Source: Lama guanicoe
Lineage: Eukaryota
Assembly: GCA_013239625.1 (NCBI GenBank)
Contig: MU054220.1
Span: 3,783,374 to 3,847,373, forward strand
Direction: 5' to 3'
DNA: 64,000 bases
Positions 39,796-50,540 of the stretch are shown piece after piece. Position 1 is the stretch's first letter; every line of letters starts with the position of its first letter. Both the position numbers and the translations under genes were made by a program. The notes beneath the pieces were generated by a model that saw only the letters and a program-made list of their open reading frames with translations, searched no databases and was not told where the DNA came from.

Positions 39796-40665
39796 ATTAA
39801 AAAATTTCTTCAACTCAATAATAAAAGACAAACAATCCAATAAAAAATGGGCAAAAGGCTTGAATGGCTAGTTCACAAAGGAAGATATTCAAATGAGATC
39901 AAGCCATGACAAGATGTTCAATTTCACTAGCCAAATAAGGAAGTGCACGTTAAAACCACAATGAGATAACATTCCACAACTATAGAATGTCTAAAATCAA
40001 AAAGCTGTGTTGAGCATACCAAGTGCTGATCAGGCTGTGGAGGAACTGGAACTCTCACAGACAGCTGGTAGAAAATTGCAATGGTACAAACATTTTAGAA
40101 AATAGCTTGGCAGTTTCTTGTAAGTCAAACATACACCTGCCCTACAATGTAATCATCCTACTTCTGGGTATTTACACCAGAGGAAAGAAAGCACGTGCCC
40201 ACACAAAAACTTGTACTTAGATGTTCATAGTAGCTTGATTATACAGTAGCCAAAAATTGAGAACACCCAAATGTCCATCAAAGGATGAATGGATGAACAC
40301 AGTATTATGTATATGTAAGATGGAATACTATGCAGCAATAAAAAGTAATGAGCTACCCACACAGGCAACAACATGGATGACTCTCAGAAACATTAAGCTG
40401 AGTGAAGGAAGCCAGACGCAAGAGTGAAAACTGTAGGATTCCATTTATAGAAAGTTCTAGAACAGGCAAAGCCAACCTATAGTTATAGAAAACAGATTAG
40501 TGGTTGACTGAGAAGGGGCATGAGGAAACTTTCTGGGCTTATGAAAAAGTTTTCTATCTTGCTGGGAATGTGGATTACATGGGTATAAATGAGGTCAAAA
40601 TGGATCAAACACTTTAGATCTGTATATAAACTATACCTTGGTAAAGTTTGTAATTCTTAGGAAAA
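39796..40665 (+). mobile_element. Old L1 (L1MD/L1ME-like) ORF2 end and 3' UTR
   Basis: caactcaataataaaagacaaacaatccaat..aaaatgggcaaa...aaaaccacaatgagata...ggggcatgaggaaactttctggg. Confidence 0.85.
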
Positions 40666-40729
40666 AGACAAAAAGTCACTGGATGAATATACATAAAAAT
40701 CCTTTAACTATCTTATTTATTTAATACAA

Positions 40730-41040
40730 GTGCATTTATTTATTTATTGAAATCTATTGATATATACTATCTTGTAAAGTCGAAGTGTCCTACATGTTGA
40801 TTTGCTAAATTTACGTATTGTACTATGATTGTCATTATAGCAACAGCCCCTCTATCATGTTACATAATTATCATTGCTTCTTCTAGGTGGGAATAATTAA
40901 GAACCAGGCTCTTAGCAAGTTTGGTGATTATAATGCAACAATGTTGTCTCTATTCACTAGAAGGTGCATTAGATCTCCAGGACTTATTTGCCTACTAGTT
41001 GCAAGTTTGTACCCTTAACCGACATCTCTTCCATTCCGCA
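40730..41040 (-). mobile_element. L1 3' end (L1MA-like)
   Basis: tttattgaaat...ctcttagcaagttt...cattagatctccaggacttatt...aagtttgtaccctt. Confidence 0.75.
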
Positions 41041-41994
41041 TTTTTTAAAGGCTCTGTTGTCTAGCATTGTTACCAAACATGCCAGGGACAGAGGAGGAGA
41101 GACAAAGGCGCACACAGGCTGCTGGAACATTCCATTAATTCATTAATTCATTCACCTTCCAACAAAGATCTGCTGACCCCTACTGTGTGCTATAGTAGCC
41201 CTGGAGCAACGAAGGTGGATAAGATAGCATCTCACCCATCCAGGAGCTGACAGTGGTCCTGTGTGTGTGCTGTACATGTGAGTACACGTTTGTCTCACTT
41301 CTCAAGAAGTTAGCCATCATATTTTCTAATAACCAACTAAAAGTGTAATAATATTTTTAAAAAAAGAAAAAATAACAGCCACTCAGCCACCTCTTCATTC
41401 CCCCAGACCATTGGTGGCTCCAACATCTGGCCCCGCATCAAGGAGGCCCGGGGGGCGGGGGAGCTAGGTGAGGAGGGAAAGTGTCTCTCACTGGAACCTA
41501 GTGACTGTGGGCTGCCTCCAGCCAGGCCTGACGTGCAGGTACCAGCGAGGCTGCTTCACTATCCCGTCTCTACAGGCGCACGGCTGGCTCGGGGACTTCC
41601 AGTGCAGCCGCAGGACGACTAAGCTGCCAGTTTCTGGCTGCTCCTCCAGCCCTTTGCAGAAACCTCTAGAGCATCGTTTTTCCTTAATGTGTGTGATAAG
41701 CCAGTCCTTTCTCAATTGCTTTCTCTTAAAGGGACAGAAAAGAAACTGACCAACCATAGCTGAGAAGTAGGCATTCCACAGACAGGCCCAAAGACCCACC
41801 AGTACTTCGAAACTCTTCCCCCACGTCCCCACTTCTCCCCCCAGCCCCAGGAAGCTGCTCGACTGCCCAGAGTTTATTTCGCCTCATGTCATCCCTGTTT
41901 TCAGGAGGGTTTTGGTGATGGACACAGAAGTCCCGAAGTTGGTGCTCAAGGCTGCCATCCACAGGGCCCAGCACTCTACCTGGGATAAGACACC

Positions 41995-42105
41995 ATGATC
42001 CCCATTTTACAGGTGGGGAAACTGAGGCTCAAGGATGATAGGACATGACTAAGGTCATACAGCTAGCAAGTGGCAGAAATTGGATTCCAGAGTTTCTGGG
42101 GTCAA
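41995..42105 (-). mobile_element. MIR SINE
   Basis: cccattttacaggtggggaaactgaggctca...aaggtcatacagctagcaagtggcaga. Confidence 0.85.
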
Positions 42106-45100
42106 AATCAAGTATAAAGGCCCCATGTCATTTTCTCCTTAACAAACCTCAGAACCATGAAGCCTGGTTCACTGCTATCAGTGTGTGCTGGAATGAATGA
42201 TGGGTGGATGAATGTGTGAATGAATACATGGATGGATGGAGGGAGGGATACGTGAAACAGGAGGCATCAGGAAATGCACTAGCCTCAGAGGGCACTTGCC
42301 CTGGGCCCAGGATTATTCCCTGACTCAACCTTCCATCTCTCCCTGCAGCCCTTGCTGGGCTCAGCATCTGGATTAAAGGGTCCCAGATAATGCAGAGTTC
42401 TGTAGGCCAGGAGCTGAGAAACAAGCCCGTGGTCCTCATGAGGGCCATAGTGGCCAGACCAGCTCCTCCCTCAGCTCAGCAGGATCCAGGGTATCAGCCA
42501 AGGCTCCCACTGCACAGACTGGACCTGATAACATCTGACCAACTGCTTAGGGGATGGGTGTGTGGGCCCAGGGACCAAGGGACTCCCCTGCCACGCCCTC
42601 TGGCCACTGAATGGGTGGCCACACAGACTGCCATCTCTCTCTCAAGGCCAGCCCTGCCATTGGTCATAGCTAACCACAACACTTGTGATTTTGAGGACCA
42701 CAGACTACAGGGCTGTCAGCTCAGACCAGGACCGAGGCCAGGTCTTAGCTGCTTGATGCACCAGTATATTCCTAGGAACCCCTTCCCTAGTGCCAACCAT
42801 GGTAGGTGCACAATGTGGAGAGAATGAATGAATAAGTGGCTTGACAAATGCTGGCTGGCACTGGACAGTTCCTCAAAGATCAAATGGGCCATCCCACTTC
42901 CCATTTTACAGATGAGAAAACTGAGGCCCAGGGAGAAGAAGCAATTTTCTCATCACAAATCCATTGCTGAGGCTACTTTGAGGTCCAGTTGTCCACTGTA
43001 AGGCCTCCTCCTTCCTCCCCTGGGAGGGAGTTGACACTGGTTAGAAGTGCCTGCCTTACTTGCTTTACTGAGTTTTCTGGTGTCCAGCGAAAGTGCCATG
43101 ATCAATTAGTGATGTCTGTCATGAAAAGGGAGTAGGGAGTGACAGCACATCTGCCTCTCATTTGTTCTTCCTGCAAACACAGGAGGAGGGGAGGGGAGGG
43201 AGAAACCCCCTCTCTCCATAGAGCCCATTCTTTCCCAACCTGGTCCCTTACAACAGGAGGCGTGTTCAGCCTGGCTACCTCTAGAAATGAGGCTACCCTA
43301 GATCACCTCTTCCCTTCTCGGCACCTTCCTTCCCCAGCTCAAAACCAGACGTGATCCAGCCCAACCCATGTTTCCAGCTCCCGTTCCTCCTGCTTCGTTG
43401 CACAGGTGCTATGTTTAACCCGCCAGAAGGTTCCCTGCTCCCCAGGAAGCGCCATCCTTCACACCTCCAAGGCTTTGTGTTCTTCTCTCTGCCTGAGTTA
43501 CCCTTTCTGCTGGGGGAAAAAAAAACATCCTTCCAGGCCCAGGACAAGAGGCAGTCCCTCTGCCCAGCCGTCCCGAGTCATATGGACAGAGCCCATCTTG
43601 TCCAGCCCTCCTTCCCCAACCAAGTCTCAAAGCAACTGTTTCCTCCAACAGAAATGCTGTTCTTTGTCCACACGCCCCCTTGACGGGGAGACCCATGATA
43701 GTAGATGCAGTGCTCACCTCAGTAGCCCCAGCACCCGAACTGGGGCTGGGATACAGTAGGTGCACGGTGAATGATATTGACCCTTCTACCAGGCTGCCCC
43801 TTCTGGAGCTGCAGTAAAGACTACAAGGAATTGCAAGAAAGAAAAGGGAGGGCTGAGGGAGGCAGGCAGTGGGGAACCACAGTGTGATCTGTTAACAGCG
43901 GGAGAGGAGAGAGAATGAATTCATTTCCTCCTTGTAGTAATTTGCCTGTAAATATTCACAAACCACACAATTTCTCTCCGCCTTCCCATGAAAGATAAAC
44001 GCATAAATAAACCAGCCTACCCGAGGCTTTGCACGTAGGCTGTTGTCCCTGCCCTAAAACACCAGGTGACTCTGCGGTTAGCTGCAAACCCCCACCCAGC
44101 AAGAGTCCCAGAGGGTGTCTGGAAGTGGGTGACTACAAGAGCAAGGAGGTGACTTGGCAGGAGTCAGCACTGGTCACTCGGGAGCTAGAGGAGATTTGCT
44201 GACAAGACCCAGCGAGTTGTGGACCCAGCAGTCCAGAGGCCAGAACAGGTGGCCTCACTGGCCAGGGTCTGGCTTGGCGAAGTGTCCTCCCCAACCCCAA
44301 ACCCTGGGGAGAATCCAGAGGTCACACACAGAGGCCACTGTTCTCCAAGTATATCCCTCGATAAGGAGAAAAACAAATTTCTTCTTGAAATGCTAGAAAT
44401 CTAGTACACATGGAGAGGGCATGTGGAGGGTCCCAGACAGAGAGGCTATCGGAGGGCAGTGAGCCCTGGGCAGGGGGCCCTGTGGTGGGAGCCCCATTAG
44501 GGCAGAAGTCTTCCATCCAGCGACCAGGGCCTGTCATCAGTTGCCATGGCAGCCTCTCAGCATCTTTCCCTTGCACCTGGGGGGCGGGGGTAGACATCAG
44601 CCAGATAGTGGCAGGAATCAGGCTCAGGAGAGAAGGGCTCTTTCCTCCTCCCCAGGCTGGCTATGCAAACTCCTGGGGCACCAGCAGGAGCTTATGCCCA
44701 AAGCTCACTCCTGTTAACACATTCAGGATATGGACCAAATCCAGCAAAGTTTGGTTAACCTGGACTCACTGAAGCAAGTCCTAGGATGACAATGGCAAAT
44801 CCTTGCATCACACTGGCCACAGGATGAGCTCTCCTGCTTTTAATCCTCATGGCAGCCTTAGGAGACCAGCTACTACCAACTCCATTTTCTAGATAGGAAA
44901 ACTGAGGCCCAGAAATCTAGCCACACAGAGAGTGGGGGAGGAGTCAGGATTCAAACACAGACATTCTGGCCCTGGTGTCTGGCAAAACTACTAGGACACA
45001 GAGGAGGGAGGCTGCCAAAGTGGAAAGAAGCTGGATGCAGGGTCCCAGGAGTAGGGTGTGTGTGACTTTGGGGGAAAAGGGGGATGTGTGCCAGTTTTCT

Positions 45101-46169
45101 TTGAAATATGTGAAGGCCTGAGTGTGCAACCCACCCACATGATGACCTCACTTAATCTCATCAGCAGCTCTGTAAGGAAAGGTTATTATGCCCAATTCAC
45201 AGATGAAGAAATCGAGGTTCATGAAGCTTAATGGTCTTCTTCCAGCCAGGAAGTGAGAGCCAGGATCTGAAGCTGGACCAATTCACCACCGCCCCTCCAC
45301 TGGCTTCAGGCCCAGCTCCTCTCCCAGCCAGAGTGACTCGGAGCAAGTCTTTCACCTGGTGGACCTCAGTCTCCATGTCAGTAAAATGGCCCCTTCCTGA
45401 GCTTAGGGTCCAGTGTGGCTGGAAATACAGAGTGAGAGGGCAGTGGATGTGAAGGTAAGGCCACTGCACAGCACACAGCCTACGCCCTGGGCTCTAAAGC
45501 CCACAAACTGGCTGCACCTGGAGGACTGACATTTACAGCAGTGGTCCCCGACGCCCCACAGGATGCTCTGCCAGCAAAGAGATTCAATTATGGTCATTAT
45601 GGTGCACTTAGGAAAACCAGGGAGCAGGCTAATCCATTTCAGAAAGATTTGCAACAGCAGAGGATGAATCAAAACGAGTTTTCTACTTAACCCTCAGTTA
45701 AACAGAAAATCCATTTAACCACAAGGCAACACTCTGTCTTCCCACTCTCCAGTCAATCTTTTTTTTTTCTTTACTGTCTGCCACTTTGATTTATATTTGC
45801 ATTCCTTGAAGCTGCCTTAGAATGAAAAATAAGTTCATTGATGGAAAGATGTCATAAACCTCTGAGGGTCTGCAGCCCTGGACCAACATCCTCAAACTTT
45901 TGCTCCCTCCAACAGGGCAAGGGCGAGCACACTGCTTGTATCCATGGCTGCCAAAGATGCTGGTGAGCTCTGGAGGAAGCAGCTCCACAGGCCCAAGGGG
46001 GAGTGCTAATTCACATCTCCCACCATTCCCTCTTCCTCCCTACAGGGAGCAAACCAAACATCTGCAGCCAATGGAAGCTCCCAGAAAGAGACCGGGAAAA
46101 GGATATGCTTAGAGGGACCACAAGGGCTGGAATCCTTTATCTCCAAGTGCTCCACGGAGCAGTGGAGAG

Positions 46170-46218
46170 CAAGATGTCAGGGAGGAATGATCAAGATGTC
46201 AGGGAGGAATGATCAAGA
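46170..46218. repeat. 22-bp perfect tandem duplication
   Basis: caagatgtcagggaggaatgat x2 plus caaga. Confidence 0.95.
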
Positions 46219-46229
46219 GCAGGGATAGA

Positions 46230-46306
46230 AGAAGGTAGGATATAACTCAGTGGTAGAGCATGTGCTTGGCACACATGAGGTCCTAGGTTCAATCCTCAGT
46301 ACCTCC

Positions 46307-46347
<41 letters not shown>

Positions 46348-46396
46348 CCTAACTACCACCCTTCCCCCCCAAAATTAAAAATAAAGTTTAAAAAAC
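46230..46396 (+). mobile_element. Camelid Vic-1-type SINE with expanded (TAAA)n
   Basis: tRNA-Ala-like head; TSD gcagggataga at 46219-46229 and 46400-46410. Confidence 0.9.
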
Positions 46397-46527
46397 CCGG
46401 CAGGGATAGATACAAGTTAGGTGAGTGATTCCCACAAAATGGAAAGAAAACATATCAGCCAGCTAGTTTTCTCCATCATTAAATAAAGTAGCTTCAACCA
46501 CACACGTGCAACAAGGCACTCCAGGCA

Positions 46528-46733
46528 CAGAGTTGCCGGATAAAGTCCAGGATCCTCAGTGAAGTTTGTATTTCACATAAACGATAAATAATGTTTTAGC
46601 TTATGTTGCAAATAATCCACGGGACTAATATTGATGGGACATACTTAAACACTGAAAAAGTATTCACTGTCTATACGAAATTCAAATTTCCCTGGGCCTC
46701 CTATGGTTTTATTTGCTACATCTAGCAACCTTT
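46528..46733. mobile_element. MER53 palindromic hAT MITE
   Basis: TIR-like gttgcc..gat / atc.agcaacc, internal tgggacatactta and gaaattcaaattt; 8-bp TSD tccaggc(a/g) at 46520-46527 and 46734-46741. Confidence 0.85.
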
Positions 46734-48185
46734 TCCAGGCGGCATACATCTAGCACCTAAGTGGGGGCACACTGGAAGCAAGCAGCCTGTCCACAGCGGG
46801 GACCTCTAGCCTGGTGCTGCCAAAGAGGGAATCCCACACGGTGTTGGCTGTTACGCAGTGGGAGCCAGTGCCCAAAGAAAAGCAGGAAGCCGAACAGCGG
46901 ACTTTTGGGGGGCATCTCTGCTGAATGTGCGCCTGAGTGGGAACAAAAGCAGGAAACGAATGGGCCTCTTGTCCTGAGAGGGGGCCTGAATGACTTCTTT
47001 TCCCTTCATTTCCCAAGCTCTCTGTAACGTTGTTTTACAGTCTTAACAATAGCAGTGTGCAGTCACACGCACATGCACACAAAGGGCTCCACTCTCCTTG
47101 TCTTTGAGAGTAACCGGGTTGTTCTATCAGATTTCGAACTCACTGAAGTCAGGGGCTGTGAGTTTTTAATCCCTATATCCCAGTGGATGCTCAATGAATG
47201 ATGGAGGGAGGAAGGAAGGAACTTTAAAAAGAGCCAGAGAGGGAGGATCTGTTGGTACAAAAGCCAAGAGCTGGGAAATCCCCACTTGGAAAGAGGCTCC
47301 TGGGGCCCATGGGACCTCCCAGGTTGGGGGAGCAGCTCCACCACTCTGGGCTCTCCTTATTCCCTTTCCTGGGTGCAAAGGCCTCTGCAGTCACGGGCCT
47401 GGGTCCTGTTTGGACAGCAGGCAGCACAAACCCAGCCTCTGGCCTGAGGACCCCTGCTCCTCAGTGCTCTGTATTTACCCAGAGCCACTGCCCAGCAGTG
47501 GGACGCGCTGCCAGACACAGGGACAGACCTGGGGTGCCTCCCCCAGGGACAGAAAGCAGACTCTTCCCCCTCCTGCTCTGTCCTGTCCTTCTCCCATGGG
47601 GCTTGCCTGTGTCTTATTTCAAGTTCGGTTTAAGCAGACATTGTGTCAGCTCTGCCTTTGAAGCCTGGGAGAAAAATCTCAGCTCCAAAGGGATATTTCC
47701 TACCAAAAAGGCTCTCCAGAGAGTCTCCGCAAAACTAAAAACCAAAAGCCCTGGATCCTTATCTCTTGGTATTTATGAGATTTTTTTCATTAGAACGGCT
47801 GTCTTCACGGACTGCTCTGCCAAAAGGGAAAGGGAAGGAGAAAGAGGGAGGGTGGGGGGAGGAGGGCAGGGCTCCCAGTGAGCGGGACTGGACGTGTCCC
47901 CAGGAGGTTCTAAACAATTGCTGTAGTCAAGGCTGAGTTTTAGCAATAAGTATGTAAGCTTCAAATGAGCACATTTTTATTACTTCACCTCTAATAAGCA
48001 TTGTGTTTACATGGAAGTTAGTTCAGAGAATACCCACTTACACAGCCAGACCCTGATACAAGCCGATTGTGCCACACGTGTTCTTTGTGAGAATAAGGAT
48101 TCAGAATCACTGGAGTTCTCTTTGGACATAGTTCGCCTCTCCGGTCCCTCTGCCGCTAGACGTTCTTGCATTTAAAAGTAGAACT

Positions 48186-48322
48186 GGGGGACGGTATAGC
48201 TCAAGTGACAAAGCGCATGCTTAGCATGCACAAGGTCCTGGGTTCAATCCCTAGTACCTCCTCTTTACAAAAAAAAAAGAAAAGTAAATAAACCTAATTA
48301 CTTTCCCTCTTAAAAAAAAAAA
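48186..48322 (+). mobile_element. Camelid Vic-1-type SINE
   Basis: tRNA-Ala-like head, tail taaataaacctaattac; TSD aaaagtagaactg / aagagtagatctg. Confidence 0.9.
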
Positions 48323-48497
48323 GAGTAGATCTGAAGTAGGCAAGGACAGCACAGAGGACACAGAAACAGATCAATGCCACTGCTGCCACCTCCGTTCATT
48401 CCCTGGCCTTGTGGAGCTCACTCGTTTGGAAATTTCCTCATGGATTTTTTTCACTTTTTTGAAAGTATACATTAATGCAGTTAAAAACTGTGAACCC

Positions 48498-48560
48498 TCC
48501 ATTAAGAAAAATAAATAAACCGAATTACCTCCCCCCAACAACAACAAAAAAAGTATTTTA
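48498..48560 (+). mobile_element. Severely 5'-truncated Vic-1-type SINE (tail only)
   Basis: tccattaagaaaaataaataaaccgaattacctcccccc plus A-rich end; 15-bp TSD aaaaa(c/g)tgtgaaccc at 48483-48497 and 48561-48575. Confidence 0.8.
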
Positions 48561-49065
48561 AAAAAGTGTGAACCCATGACTTTTCTCCCCTTTTTTATGC
48601 TGTAATATTTGTTTGTTTGTTGACTTGGCAATTATATATATGAAGGTTATATATACGAAGGTCACTGAAAGGAAAGTTTCACTGTGTTTCTTTTCTGGCC
48701 ATTATTAGAATTGGGTTTGATTTCATTGCTATTACTGAAAATAATTTTGTTGCATAGAGGAGGCAAGTATTAACCAGTCATCCTCCCCAGGTGTTGTATG
48801 TGCTAGGTGTGCCCTGTTGCAGTTCATGTCAGCACTGACAGCTGAGCAGGGCTCGCCTTCAGGGTGGGCTAAGCCCAGGATGTGCCCCTGCAACTGGCTT
48901 CTCTTCCTCGTTCCACGCCACTCAACAGCTTCTGGAACAATGCCAAAATAAGATCTGTTTGTCCTGGTGTCCTAGATGGGCACCTCCTGCAGGTTCTCTG
49001 AGATCCTGCATCCCCCCCATCATCTTCTCCATCTACACTCACCCCACTACAATAGCTAAAATGTG

Positions 49066-49495
49066 GAACCAATCCACATGTCCACTAACAGATGAATAGA
49101 TAAGCAAAATGTGGTTTGCATACACAAAGGAATATTATTCAGTCCTAAAAAGGAAGGGAATTCTGATACATGCTATAACATGGATAAAACTTGAGGACAT
49201 TATGCTAAGTGAAATAAGCCAATAAGAAAATAATAAAAATATATCACTCCACTTATATAAGGTACTTAGAGTAATCAAAATCACAGTGACAGAGTGATGG
49301 TTGCCAGGGGCTGAGAGGAGAAGGGAACAGGGAGTTATTGTTTAATGGGAATAGTTTCAATTTTGCAAGATGAAAAGAGCTCTGGAGATGAATGGTTGCA
49401 CAATGTGAATGTACTTAACACTACTGAACGGTACACTTAAAAATGGTCAAAACAGTACATTTTGTTATGTGTATTTTACCACAATAAAAAAATAG
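49066..49495 (+). mobile_element. L1MB-like 3' end
   Basis: gaatattattcag..ctaaaaaggaagg.aattctgatacatgcta.aacatggat...gacattatgctaagtgaaataagcc...tgtattttaccacaataaaaaa. Confidence 0.85.
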
Positions 49496-49504
49496 GGGGA
49501 GAAA

Positions 49505-50040
49505 AAGTTGAGCTATCAAAACATAAAAAGACAAAGAGGAATCTTAAATGCGTATTACCAAGTGAAAGAAGCCAATCTGAAAAGGCTAACAAACTGTATG
49601 ATTCCAACTCTATGACATTCAGAACAAGGCGAAACTATGGAGACTCTAAGAAGATCAGTGGTTGCCAGGGCTTTGTAGGGAGGGAAAGATGAATTGGAGA
49701 AGCACAGAGGATTTTTAGGGCAGTGAAAGTACTCTGTATGATACTATAATTGTGGATACATGTCATTATACATTTGTCAAAATCCATAGAATGAATGTCC
49801 AACAGCAACAGAGAAACAGGGTAAACTCTAGGCTTTGGGTGACAGCAATGCGTCAATGCAGGTTCATCAACTGTGATATATGTACCACTGGGTGCAGGAT
49901 GTCAGTAGCAGGGGAGGCGGTACTTGTGGGCAGAGATGTGTAGGGACAGAGAGAACATGAGAATTCTCTGCACTTACCCCTCAATTTTGCTGTGAACCTA
50001 AAACTACTCTAGAAAGTAAAGTCTATTTAAAAAAAAAAAG
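49505..50040 (+). mobile_element. L1MC-like 3' end
   Basis: gaggaatcttaaatgcgtatta..aagtgaaagaagccaatctgaaaaggct...ctcaattttgctgtgaacctaaaact...aaagtctattt plus poly(A). Confidence 0.85.
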
Positions 50041-50324
50041 GCTTCAGATTCCAGAGCCCAGTCTCCTCCCTCCATCCGACAGTGCCTTTCTTTCATAACA
50101 TAGCCCTGCCCAAGGCCCAGAAAGGGAGACACCATGGTCACCCCATGAGCCCCACAGCACAGGGAATGGCCTTGTGTATATCTTCTCACATCAGCAGCTC
50201 TGGGCAGGTAATAAACCAACTATACTACAGCTAACAAAGCAGCACTGCCAGCCGATTTGGACTTTTCCCTTTATTTGTAGGCTACTAATTAAAACTCATT
50301 ATTTTACATTTTTAAGTAATAAAA

Positions 50325-50540
50325 GAGGCAGCTGGATGCAACAGAGTGATCATCAGTTCAGGTCAGAAGACTTGTAGACTAGGCTCATCTCTACCATTTC
50401 ATAGCTGTGTGACCTTGGGCAAGTCACTTCCTCTCTCTGATGCTGGCATTCGTCTGAAAATGGGGTTTCTACTCCCTCCGTCTCTGCCAGCCTGGCTGTT
50501 TGAAAGCTCTTCAGCTATGATTCACAATGTGCATATATGT
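50325..50540 (+). mobile_element. MIR SINE
   Basis: tagctgtgtgaccttgggcaagtcacttcctctctctga...tctgaaaatgggg. Confidence 0.85.

Noticed and set aside
40023..40220. ORF with faint L1 ORF2 C-terminal resemblance
   Set aside because: Decayed remnant of the old L1 copy, not a functional CDS
47252..47881. 209-aa ORF (also the 205-aa ORF at 34243-34860 and other short ORFs)
   Set aside because: Overlapping ORFs in several frames, no family resemblance, and many run through MIR/L2 or microsatellites; expected by chance at this GC content
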